NCBI RefSeq assembly: GCF_006345805.1
Contig: NC_042999.1
Span: 68,076,001 to 68,140,000, forward strand
Direction of reading: 5' to 3'
From: Octopus sinensis
Lineage: Eukaryota
DNA length: 64,000 bases
The stretch's first letter is position 1. Each line of letters begins with the position of its first letter. The notes beneath the pieces are model-generated. The model was given only the letters and a program-made list of their open reading frames with translations, searched no databases and had not been told where the DNA came from. Shown in pieces: positions 53,501 through 64,000 of the stretch. The translations under genes were made by a program, and so were the position numbers.

Positions 53501-53503
<3 letters not shown>
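53348..53503 (-). mobile_element. 5'-truncated family F copy with 16-nt fold-back
   Basis: Homology to 53710-54250; atatgtgcgcgacatg / catgtcgcgcacatat. Confidence 0.85.
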
Positions 53504-53545
<42 letters not shown>

Positions 53546-53629
53546 CATTATTATTATTTATTATTATTATTATTATTATCATTATTATTATTATTATTAT
53601 TATCATTATTATTATTATTATTATTATTA

Positions 53630-53709
<80 letters not shown>

Positions 53710-54250
53710 GAATGAGTGAGAGAGCAGTGCATCCCATCAAAGTGACACTGGGGTAAAATATACGAAACCGAGTATACCCATCATGACTACCCGTCTGATG
53801 GCACATGCATCACAACCAAATGTGCGCAACATGGTGATCTCATATCAAGATGAACAACGCATGACCTTGCAGGTGAGGCCCAGTTAGAATTTTCTTCTGG
53901 TCAAGTAACCTATCCCACTCAAAAAGTCCTTGAATAAGGGTTGTTTAAGGATGTTGAACGAACCACCCATATCTCCAAAGGTGAATTATTCAAACCCCAA
54001 AGAATTCTTCTCAGTACATGACTATGATGCTCCCCAACTACTTCTACTCATGGTCAGAGATGTACATATCGTCAGCCACTACGCGACATGCTTAATTGGT
54101 TAAGGTCAAACAACTGACAAGCAAATCTATGGTATTGAGCAGTATATTTGCTGTAGCCCATCTTTTATACCAAGACAAAACAATGTACATGATAACACTT
54201 CCAGTCAGTTAAGATAAGAAGCCACTGCCTGGTATTGCATCAGGGCATTT
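53710..54250 (-). mobile_element. Full-length family F copy in (TAA)n
   Basis: Homology to 34430-34966. Confidence 0.85.
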
Positions 54251-54269
54251 ATTATTATTATTATTATTA

Positions 54270-54560
54270 TTTCCTTCTTTCTTCAAATTTTCTTCTGTTT
54301 CTCCGTACACCTAGGACAGAGAAGCTCATTGTATGCATTCCCAGATTGCACACGCAAATTCACAGGTAAAATATGTATTTAAAAAATTAATAAATAAATA
54401 AATTCACGAATGGATGTTGTTTTCACAGCGATAATGCTCTTCTCAGTACATGAGCCGTTTCCAGTTAACACGATTTTTTTGCACAGAGCAGTGCATACCA
54501 ATCTAAGTGACACTGGGATAAAATATACGAAGCCTAGTATACCTACCATGACTACTCGCC
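54270..54560 (-). mobile_element. R4-like 3' end (54270-54484) fused directly to a family F 3' fragment (54485-54560)
   Basis: aatgctcttctcagtacatgagccgtttccagttaacacgatttttttgcac matches 53115-53164; followed immediately by agagcagtgca...gtgacactggg. Confidence 0.7.
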
Positions 54561-54561
54561 T

Positions 54562-55025
54562 GGGAGTCGATGAAATCGACTATCCCCCTCTTCCCAAATT
54601 TCAGGCTTTGTGCCTATAGTAGACAGAATTATTGCAGGCGGCGAGCTGGCAGAAACGTTAGCACGCCGGGCGAAATGTTTAGCGGTATTTCGTCTGCCGC
54701 AACGGTCTAAGTTCAAATTCCGCCGAGGTCGACTTTGCCTTTCATCCTTTCGGGGTCGATAAATCAAGCACCAGTTACGCACTGGGGTCGATATAATCGA
54801 CTTAATCCGTGTGTCTGTCCTTGTGTGTCCTTTCTGTGATTAGTCCCTTGTGAGTAGTAAAGAAATAGGTATTTCGTCTTTCGCTACGTTCTGAGTTCAA
54901 ATTCCGCCGAGGTCCATTTTGGCTTTCATCGTTTCAGAGTCGATAAATTAAGTAGTGGGAATTGATGCGATCGACCATGTCCCGCCCTTCAAATTCCAGG
55001 CCTTGTGCCTATAGTAGAAAGGATT
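54562..55025 (+). mobile_element. Tandem SINE family B copies
   Basis: Near-consensus copy at 54637 with CpGs intact. Confidence 0.85.
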
Positions 55026-55036
55026 ATTATCATTTT

Positions 55037-55072
<36 letters not shown>

Positions 55073-55182
55073 TGGCAGTGGTTGTGATGGTACAATTACT
55101 ATTGTCGTCATGATTTCGGTCTTTATCGTGCTGCTAAGTAATTGAATCAGTTTTATTGGGAAATTAGGTTCACAGCTCGCGT

Positions 55183-55219
<37 letters not shown>

Positions 55220-56782
55220 TTATTATTTTTACAGCCTCTTTCAAAATGTTATTTTTTTCCATTCTTTTCTTCCATACTTTGTTTCCTTTTTTTTCCGTTG
55301 TCTTTTTATCGATTGTAACACTTTTAACACCAACACGAAAAAAAAAAGGGGGAAGAAATGTGTGAAAAGGAGAAAGAGAAAGAGAAGGAAAAGGTGTTAA
55401 GCAAATGTAAGAGCTTGAGCAGAAGGAGGTGTTGAGGGATCAATATCGATTTCTTCATTACCTAATCATTAGATAGCAGCAACAGTTGCCGTTCAATTAT
55501 ATGGAAGCCTGACATGTCATTAGTTTCTATTATGTTCGTTTCTTTTATTACATAATCATGTTGGTGTTTCGTCTGAGGTCAGACACTTTCGAACGGTGAC
55601 CACCTCAACTGTTTTGTCAGACATAGTGTATCTAGGACTACGTTATTTAATGTGACATTACTTTACTAAGACAGTAAAATGGAATTTGATGGAAATATTG
55701 CGGTTTTATATAAGATGAGTGGCTAGAGACTTCGTTAGCTTATAGATGTGGCTTTTAACCATTTTACGTAGTTGCTGTGTCTAGCGCAGACCCAAGTGGT
55801 TAGTGTGATATCACGACTAACCTAACTTAACATGCATAATGATTTTATAAATCTTACTCTAAAATGGATTGTATAAGCTTTTAACAGTAAAATGGACAGA
55901 GTCAAAACTATTGAAAAGGTTGCAAGACACAACGAAAATTTTAGGAAATAAGAAATAAGTGGAAATTTTACCAGTGAATGTGTTAAATTATAAGGCACAA
56001 AAAGAAAATGAGTCTCCTCAGACAACAGAATATGCTTCAACACACGAACTCGCATAAAGAATCTTGCAAACCAAATAAAAAAAAAAACGAGATATAAAAT
56101 GAAGTTTTCAATTTGAAGTTGTCAATTTACTTTATACATTACAAGTTAATAACTTTCCTGTGCCTGATACGTTCTCATATTTTAATAATCATTATTAGTT
56201 TTATCATGTATAACATAATTACTACTAGATGTAAAATTTAATATCTTAACTGTGTTATCTCACTTCCTAATTCACCGCCCCCTAAAGCCTAATGTCCCCT
56301 TTGACATGCTCAGCACCTCTTCAGGAGCAGACCCGCAGACTTACAGAGTTGTTGATGAAGTTGTTCATGAGGGTTTCTTTCCTTTGTGTAAATTCCGATC
56401 TAGAAGACCTAATGTTGGACCTATATGACTATGAAAGGTGGTGGAGTGAGGATCAGCTGGTAAATTATTCACAGGTTCAGAGGATCAAGGAAGAGCCTGT
56501 GAATACCAGAAGGCCCCTCCCTAAGGGAAAAAAAAAAGATCTCATAGTCCCCTCGGAATTTGAAAAGATTCCTCTCTCACTGACCACAGACGGGCTAGAA
56601 TGCAGTCACATTCCACTTTGTAAAATTTCTCTTTGAGGTCTTGATCCAAAGTGCCTTTTCTCTTTAAGATAGTGTTATTTCAGAGAGATTTCACTGCTAT
56701 TTCTAACAACTTGAGCAAACATGAAGGGTTTCACTCTTAAGGTTCAATTATAACTCTATGTGGAGAATAAATTACTGACAAT

Positions 56783-56804
56783 ATGGCATCAGGGACAGCA
56801 AGAG
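56783..56804 (+). CDS. Candidate first coding exon of an unidentified host gene (MASGTAR + phase-1 G)
   Basis: aatATGG context, in-frame upstream stop at 56768, consensus donor AG|gtgagt. Confidence 0.55.
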
Positions 56805-56876
56805 GTGAGTTAGGGTAATTCAGCCAATGCGCCAGTCCAAGATACTAAGGGTCAGGAGCTACACATGTTTCTTATT

Positions 56877-57105
56877 TCTTTACTACTCACAAGGAGCTAC
56901 ACACAGAGGGGACAAACAAGGACAGGTAAACAGATTAAGTCGATTATATTGACTCCAGTGCGTAACTGGTACTTATTTAATCAACCCCGAAAGGATGAAA
57001 GGTAAAATCAACCTCAGTGGAATTTGAACTCAGAATGTAGCGGCAGACGAAATATCTCTAAGCATTTCGCCTGGCATGCTAACGTTTCTGCCAGCTCGCC
57101 GCCTT
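56877..57105 (-). mobile_element. SINE family B, CpG-eroded
   Basis: About half of consensus CpGs changed to TpG/CpA. Confidence 0.85.
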
Positions 57106-57328
57106 AGACATGTTTCTAACACAGCAGGCATCATGTTTCTGCCACAGCAGGCATCATCAGCATGTTGTCCATCCAAGGGATTTAAACATATGCAAAAAAG
57201 CCAAGGGACTTGTATATACAGTCATGGTTAAAAGTTTGGAACATAGGTGATGTACTAGCTTCTGTTTATTAAAGGTCAGCAATTTGGTCAAGAATTATAT
57301 TTTTGATTTTGCCTATTTTTTCTTCAAG

Positions 57329-57355
57329 ATATTAACCCATTGGATCAGTCATTAG
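57329..57355 (+). CDS. Candidate 27-nt micro-exon (D)INPLDQSL, phase 1-1
   Basis: Long pyrimidine tract + aag| acceptor, AG|gtaagt donor; only phase 1 is stop-free and matches the preceding exon. Confidence 0.6.
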   Translation: MLTHWISH

Positions 57356-57460
57356 GTAAGTATATCTCTATGTTGTATATATTTTAATCGAACTGTACTT
57401 AGGCATAACAATTTTAATTTCTAAAAAAACATTCCAAACTTTTGGCCACAACTATATGTA

Positions 57461-57827
57461 GGTGCAGGAGTGGCTGTGTGGTAAGTAGCTTGCTTACCAA
57501 CTACATGGTTCCAGGTTCAGTCCCACTGCATGGCACCTTGGGTGAGTGTCTTCCATTATAGCCTCGGGCCGACCAAAACTTTGTGAGTTGGCTTGGTAGA
57601 CAGAAACTTAAAGAAGCCCATCATATATGTGTGTGTGTCTGTTTTTGCCCCCTCCCCCCACTGTTGCTTGACAATTGATGCTGGTGTGTTTACATCCCTG
57701 TAACTTAGTGGTTTGGCAAAAGGGACTGATTGAATAAGTACTAGGCTTACAAAGAATAAGTCCTGGGGTTGATTTGTTTGACTAAAAGCGGTGCTCCAGC
57801 ATGGCTGCAGTCAAATGACTGAAATAA

Positions 57828-57830
<3 letters not shown>
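57461..57830 (+). mobile_element. SINE family A, heavily CpG-eroded
   Basis: e.g. gcccatcat for gcccgtcgt, ttagtggtttgg for ttagcggttcgg. Confidence 0.85.
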
Positions 57831-57862
<32 letters not shown>

Positions 57863-58244
57863 ATACATACATACATACATACATACATACATACATACAT
57901 ACACACAAAATGAGTAGAATATATTTATGTCACTGGAAACACTGAGTTATTTCTCTTAACTCAATTTTTCAAATTACCTTGCCCACAAATATGTTCTACC
58001 CCATTTTGTAGAAGTCTATGTCTTTTGGCTACTGGAGATAAGGTAGAAAAATTGTCATGCTGATGACATCTATTGAGGTAGAAACATGTATACTGGAGTT
58101 TCCTCTTATCTCTAGACAATAAGCTTGCCCTTTACCTTAGAAGCATGTCAACATTGGGGAATAATTAATTCTTGAGATTATTTCCCCTTCCCAAATGGAA
58201 CTAGTCTTAATTGCCATTTAGTAATTATGACACATCATCTAGAG

Positions 58245-58507
58245 TAGTGGTTCCCAACTGGAGCTCATATGACCCTTAGGGGTTTATATAAGATTTTGTT
58301 GTTAAAATTCATCTGCAATAAATGGGTTATACTTCTACAATACACAAACCATTTTAGCAATATTTTTTAATACAATTCCTTATGATATTTAGTTATAAAA
58401 ATATAATAGGACTTTTAAACCTTGAATGGTTACAAGGATCCATCCAAGTAAAATAGAAATCAAAAGGGTCCATAGATAAAAAAAAAAAAAGTAGTTGAGA
58501 AACACTA
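58245..58507. mobile_element. hAT (Charlie-like) MITE with 8-bp TSD
   Basis: TIRs tagtggttcccaac / gttgagaaacacta; TSD atctagag / atttagag. Confidence 0.8.
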
Positions 58508-58511
58508 ATTT

Positions 58512-58904
58512 AGAGTAAAGATTGTTTGCCAACATAACATGGCAGTCCTGGTTTAGTACTAATGTTGCTGTAATTTAGCCCCAGGAGACATCATCTCCAG
58601 CTGGCTATACAACACGATCTGTGTCCTTATATTTTCAAACAAAGGAACCTAGCAACCCCACTCAACTCAAAACAATATCTGTGTATCGCAGTTTCTGAGG
58701 TATTTCCCTTCATCAGCACAGAAGTTGCGATACACAGATATTATTTTAAGATGAGTGGGAATGCTAGATTCCCCTGTTCGAAAATATAAGGACACAGATC
58801 ATGACATATAGCCAGCTGGAGACGATGTCTCCTGGGGGGTAAATTACAGCAAGATTCGTCCTAATTCAGGAATGCCATGTTATGTTGGCAAATAATCTTT
58901 ACTC
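58512..58904. repeat. Fold-back element (~185-bp diverged arms) with hammerhead-like motif in the loop (minus 58678-58721)
   Basis: Arms pair along their full length; minus strand reads CTGTG-CTGATGA-agggaaatacctca-GAAACtgcgatA-CACAG. Confidence 0.75.
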
Positions 58905-59340
58905 CAAAGTACTGTTGCTGAATATCTCACGTTGTGAGATTTTAAAAACAGTAATTTTCTAATTTACTGATTTAGAGGTTGAGATAATTGTTATCAACCA
59001 AGAATTTGTGTTGTAAGATATTTGACACATTTCTATTTGGATATCTTTATATGTAAGATATTCTTGCACAGAAGAAATGTTCTCTGTCTTAGCTTGCAGG
59101 TTCACTGGCATGTTGGCATTAGTTATTCTTTCAGCTGTGTGTTGCACCATAATGAACAGAGACAAACATAACTGTATATTTTATTAAAAGATTCATTGAA
59201 TAGGAGAACAGTGGAAGATAAACTTATAATAACACCTGTAGGAAATCAAATAAAGCATAGTAATGATAATAAGGCTTAAGATGCTGGAAAGAGTTGGTCT
59301 ACGATTATGAAGAATACCTTTCTTTTCTGTCTGGATTCAG

Positions 59341-59364
59341 CGACAGAAAACTTTGTGTTGCTTG
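59341..59364 (+). CDS. Candidate 24-nt micro-exon (A)TENFVLL, phase 1-1 (alternative acceptor 59281 gives 84 nt, DAGKSWSTIMK...)
   Basis: ctttcttttctgtctggattcag| acceptor, G|gtaaga donor, phase-compatible. Confidence 0.35.
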
Positions 59365-59409
59365 GTAAGAGACAAGGTTTGTGTTCTCTGGTGGTTCTCA
59401 AGGGCAGTC

Positions 59410-59565
59410 AAAGAGATTAAGTCGATTGCATCAACCCCAGCGTGTAACTGGTATTTATTTAATCGACCCCAAAAGGATGAAAGGCAAAGTTGACCTCAGT
59501 GAAATTTGAACTCAGAACATAACGGCAGGCGAAATACTGCTAAGCATTTCACCAGCTTGCCACCC
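59410..59565 (-). mobile_element. SINE family B, CpG-eroded and deleted
   Basis: Similarity to family B. Confidence 0.75.
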
Positions 59566-59597
59566 TATATATATATATATATATATATATGATGATG

Positions 59598-59636
<39 letters not shown>

Positions 59637-59664
59637 ATATGTATCCATGTATATGTGTGTGTAC

Positions 59665-59697
<33 letters not shown>

Positions 59698-59861
59698 ATG
59701 TATCCATGTATATGTGTGTGTACATATATATATATATACACATATACATATAATAGTGTATTAGTGTATATATGAGTGAATGTGTACATGTGTGTGTGCA
59801 TGTGAGCACGTGTGTGTGTTTGTGCATATGTTTGTGTGTGTGTGTCTCCTTTCCTCGACAG

Positions 59862-59965
59862 CTGCAAATAAATATAAAAGTGGTGTAGCTCGTTCTTCCG
59901 CAGTCTTCCATGTACAGTTGTGCAAAAAATGGTATAGGGGAGAATGTAAACTTGTTTGGAAACAG
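59862..59965 (+). CDS. Candidate exon (A)ANKYKSGVARSSAVFHVQLCKKWYRGECKLVWKQ, phase 1-0
   Basis: ctcctttcctcgacag| acceptor, CAG|gtgaag donor, only phase-1 frame open; unique sequence between microsatellites. Confidence 0.3.
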
Positions 59966-60029
59966 GTGAAGGATTGCGGCAGGAAATGGCACCATGCCAG
60001 AGAGGAAATTTACATGAGTGGATGCTGAA

Positions 60030-60039
60030 GTGATGATGA

Positions 60040-60073
<34 letters not shown>

Positions 60074-60380
60074 GATGTTAATGATGGCAGTGAAGATGAT
60101 GATGATGATGATAACATTGACAACAACAACAGTGGTGATGATTATTGATAATGATAATGGTGATGGTGTTGATGGTGACAGTGACAAAAGTTGACAATGA
60201 CGATGACAACAAGGACAGCAATGATGACAATAATGACGATGATGACGACAATAATGATGGTTGTGGTGGTGGCAGTGGTGGCGGTGGTGACAGCGACAAT
60301 GGTGGTGGTAGCGACAACGATGATGGTGATGATAGTGATGATGATAACGATGACAATGATGATGATGACACAAATGTGGT
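60030..60380. repeat. (GAT)/(GGT)/(GAC) trinucleotide low-complexity tract
   Basis: Directly visible. Confidence 0.85.
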
Positions 60381-61021
60381 TCCAATGAATCTAAAGCTCC
60401 AGAGTATTTTGCAATGGCCAATGCCGGTACCAAGCAATATTTCACCGTTTATACAGTGAAAAAGAGGGAGAGGGAAGGAAAAAAGAACCTCCCTCACATT
60501 ATCTTGACCACCAACTAACACTCCTTTTCTCACCTCTGTCAACCTTTCTTCATTTTTTTCTTCTCTCTCCCTCTTCTTTTCTCTCTTTTTATTATCATTA
60601 CTCTTTTATCCTTTTTCTTTTTCTCTCTTTCTTCCTCTCATTTTCCCTTCCTCTTTTCATTGTGTCCTAGCTCCTCATTCTAATCATACACATCTCCACA
60701 CACCCATCTATCCACAAATACTGCCAATACATTCTCAAATTTTCATTCACACCACAAAACCCCTTCGAATGGGCAACACAGAATCCATGGCCCCATACTT
60801 TGAAATGACTAAACACGAACTACTATTAGACCTTACATACCATATACAGGAAACTTTTTTACCCCTTCTAAACACCACTTTACTTGAATAAGGAAACTGC
60901 AACGACAATATTTTATGTTATTTCTACTCTCATTCTCTTATTTCCCTTTATTTTCCCTTTCTCCGCCTTTTCCATAATTATTTCCTTATTTCAAAATCAA
61001 ACATTTACCTGTCTCACATCG

Positions 61022-61067
61022 TTTCTGATGAAGGGATATTCATAATATCCCAGAAACAGCTGTAAAA
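61022..61067 (+). ncRNA. Candidate minimal type-I hammerhead ribozyme, canonical core
   Basis: TTT-CTGATGA-a-GGGATATT-cat-AATATCCC-a-GAA-ACAGCTGT-A-AAA (GUA site, palindromic stem III). Confidence 0.6.
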
Positions 61068-61149
61068 TTATATTTCTTTCATTATAAATGTCCTGAAAAT
61101 TCCTCACAGCCTTGGCTTTGTTATCTGTTCTTGTCTAATATATATATAT

Positions 61150-61487
61150 TGAGATCCCCTTCGGTCATGACTGACCGTGGGATTGCACCTAGAAAGTTAC
61201 CCTCCGAGGCACAAGTCCGGGCAAGGTTGATTATGGAAGACCAGCAGTCGCCCATGCATACCAGCCTCCCCTCTCTATGCCACCAGTGTTATCCAAGGGA
61301 AAGGCAAAGGGGCCGATACAGCTTGGCACCTGTGATATCGCAACTCTTTTCTACAGCTGAGTGAACTGGAGTAACGTGAAATAAAGTGTCTTGCTCATGA
61401 ACACAACACGCAGCCTAGTCCGGGATTCGAACTCACAACCACACGATTGTAAGCTTAACGCTCTAACCACTGAGCCATGCGCCTTCA
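61150..61487 (-). mobile_element. tRNA-derived SINE, family D-related
   Basis: Head ggcgcatggctcagtggttagagcg...gttcgaatccc; central ctccagttcactcagctg. Confidence 0.75.
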
Positions 61488-61492
61488 CATAT

Positions 61493-61529
<37 letters not shown>

Positions 61530-61587
61530 TATATATATATGGTTTGTTATATTTTTTGATAACCTAATAGGTTAGTTGGGTTAAATA

Positions 61588-61993
61588 GGACGATTTGAAG
61601 GGATCATGGTCAATCATGGCCTGGATTTCACCAACAAATTCAGGAGTTCTTTTCTTATCACAATGATCAGAGTGAGGTTTCTGAGCTGCCATATCTTCAT
61701 AATCACCATTAGACTCATCCAACTCTTTCTGAATCCTCTGCACTGTCTACATATTGACAACCAAACACTCTGAAATCTTTGTACTGGAGCTTCTGGGGCA
61801 AATGCCAAGCAGTACAACATGTCACTTCCAAAATTCTGGCTAAGTGAATTGCGTCATGGCACTATTTTTCTCACAGACGGTGGTGCCCGACTGACCCTAC
61901 TATACTATGTAGCTGACAAAATCAAAAACAAACAATGTGCATGTTTGAAATTAGAAATCTAAAATAGTGACAATTTACCCATTACACCGTGTA
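61588..61993 (-). mobile_element. Tc1/mariner-superfamily element 5' part (TIR + transposase N-terminus)
   Basis: TACACGGTG terminus; MTQFT*PEFWK*HVVLLGI...TVQRIQKELDESNGDYE...KKRTPEFVGEIQAMIDHDP. Confidence 0.7.
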
Positions 61994-62159
61994 TATTGCT
62001 TCACTGGATATACACAAACAGTTTTGTAAGAGATACATAGAGTGTCTCATTAGCTTCAGAGAGATTGTCTGATTTGGCATCTTTTATCGTTTATTCTTCA
62101 CTTGATTCTGTCATTAGACTACGTTATATATAATTTCGTTATATATATTGAGACACGTG

Positions 62160-62275
<116 letters not shown>

Positions 62276-62292
62276 TAATATATATATATATA

Positions 62293-62605
62293 TGTGGAGG
62301 TGCAATGGCCCAGTAGTTAGGGCAGCAGACTCACGGTCGTAGGATTGCGGTTTCGATTTCCAGACCGGCATTGTTAGTGTTTATTGAGTGAAAACACCTA
62401 AAGCTCTACAAGGCTCCAGCAGGGGGTGGTGGCGATCCCTGCTGTACTTTTTCACCACAACTTTATCTGACTCTTTCTTCTGTTGGCCTGCTCGCTTAGC
62501 CAGCGGGGTGTCATCATTTGAAGGCTAAAACAATGTGAAGTGCATTGTGACCAGCGATGTGTAGCACATCTGATAGCCTCATCGTTCACGGTAATCATGG
62601 TGATA
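62293..62605 (+). mobile_element. SINE family C, CpG-eroded
   Basis: Homolog of 16247-16546. Confidence 0.85.
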
Positions 62606-62627
62606 TTGTATATATATATATATATTG

Positions 62628-62676
<49 letters not shown>

Positions 62677-62689
62677 TGTATATACTGGC

Positions 62690-63156
62690 ATATATACAAT
62701 GGTCTTCTTTCAGTTCCTGTCTACTATATCCACTCACAAGGATTTGGTTGGCCCAAGGCATTTGCCCAAAGTGCTATGCAGTGGAACTGAACCCAAAACC
62801 ATGTGGTTGAGAAGCAAACTTCTTACCTCACACCCATGCCTGCACCTGTTCATTTAACATTTTTGATACCATCTGCCTGAAACTGATCCTGCCTTAAGTA
62901 ATTTTAAGCCGAATGAATTGACCCCATATTTATTTTTTTTTTAAAGTCTGGTACTTATTCTATCAGGCTCTTTTTGCCAAACTGCTAAGTTCTGAAACAT
63001 ACGAGGATGTAAACACACCAACACCAGTTGTCAAGTGGTGCTGGAGACAATCACAGACATGCACACATACATATGCATACACGCACGCACATGCACACAC
63101 ACATGTGCATACACATGCATGCATACATGTGTATGCACAAATGCATGCACATACGT

Positions 63157-63195
<39 letters not shown>

Positions 63196-63356
63196 ATGGG
63201 TTTCTTTTGGTTTCCGTCCACCAAATCCACACACAGGGCTTTGGTCTGCCCAAGACTATTGTTAAAAAACACTTGCCCAGGGAGCCATGCAGTGGGACTG
63301 AACCTGGAACACTGTGATTGAGAAACAAACATCTTACCATGCAACCACACCTGCAT
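62690..63356 (-). mobile_element. Two family A SINE copies, CpG-eroded
   Basis: Similarity to family A. Confidence 0.8.
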
Positions 63357-64000
63357 CTAAACATTCTGTTAATGTCTTATCAGATACACAGTTTGTGTAA
63401 AAGATATTTATTGTCTCATTAAGTACATAGACAATTTGTGTAAAAGCTACAGCTATTATCTCACTAAATACATCACTTGTGTGAAAGCTACAGATATTAT
63501 TTTGCTAAATACATAGACAGTTTGTGTAAGAGATATAGATATTGTCTAATTAGGCAGACACCTAGACCAATTAAGCAATGCATAGTTCTCTTATTAGTGC
63601 TAAACTATACCACCATATTGTACCAATTTGCTGTAAAGTGCACTGTGTCATGCTAGTACAAAATGTATTATGCTATGGACAGGGTACATTAGTAATATAA
63701 GAAGCAGATTCATCCCTTTCCTTAAAATAAGTTGATTAGGGAAGAAGTGTTCGTAACTATGACAACTGCTGCATATCTCAGGCTGATGAAATTGATGTTG
63801 TTGATACTCAATCAGAATATATTGATCTGTTGGGGAAACATAGACAACAAGGGACCCCTGGCATCTGAGTAAACCCCACAGAGGGCACCCAGTGATCAGG
63901 TGGTGGTGTTAAAAGGTTGGCATCATATTGGAGCATTGACAGTTTAATATGATGTTTTCCTTGAAGAGCAGCAGAAATTGAAAGAAGCCCGTGATGATGA

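Noticed and set aside
56292-56636. 114-aa non-repetitive ORF
   Set aside because: No recognisable domain or splice support
58012-58042. 31-nt exon candidate
   Set aside because: Weak donor (gtagaa) and it shifts phase; kept only as an alternative gene model
60078-60542. D/N/G-rich, S/L-rich and His-rich ORFs
   Set aside because: Translations of a trinucleotide repeat
63755-64000. Exon (EQQKLKEARDD) or decayed DDE transposase
   Set aside because: One frame has two stops and only vague transposase resemblance; it is cut by the window edge and cannot be resolved

Overview
Repeat-dominated, AT-rich eukaryotic genomic DNA. The SINE families and microsatellite load point to an octopus (Octopus sp.); this is inferred from pattern recognition and was not checked against a database. 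There is no prokaryotic, rRNA, true tRNA or CRISPR content, and most entries in the ORF track are microsatellite artefacts. Main contents: (1) A GGCT-rich satellite (1-3030) interrupted by an array of ~170-bp units, each with a conserved hairpin core. (2) Dozens of tRNA-derived SINEs from at least five families. (3) Decayed transposons: Helitron helicase, Gypsy pol, a CR1-group LINE 3' end, four R4/Dong-like RLE LINE 3' fragments in (TAA)n tracts, mariner/Tc1 and hAT elements, and two Penelope-like elements (PLEs), one with a 589-bp inverted pseudo-LTR. (4) A probable plus-strand host gene starting near 56.8 kb with micro-exons (MASGTAR|DINPLDQSL|...), coinciding with onset of CpG loss in nearby SINEs. 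The most notable signal is a set of minimal type-I hammerhead-ribozyme-like motifs in PLE-derived repeats and fold-back elements. They include canonical C3:G8 cores and two apparent compensatory variants, G3:C8 (23.1-23.2 kb) and U3:A8 (51.2/48.5 kb). All ribozyme and exon calls were made by eye, are untested, and many SINE and transposon boundaries are approximate.
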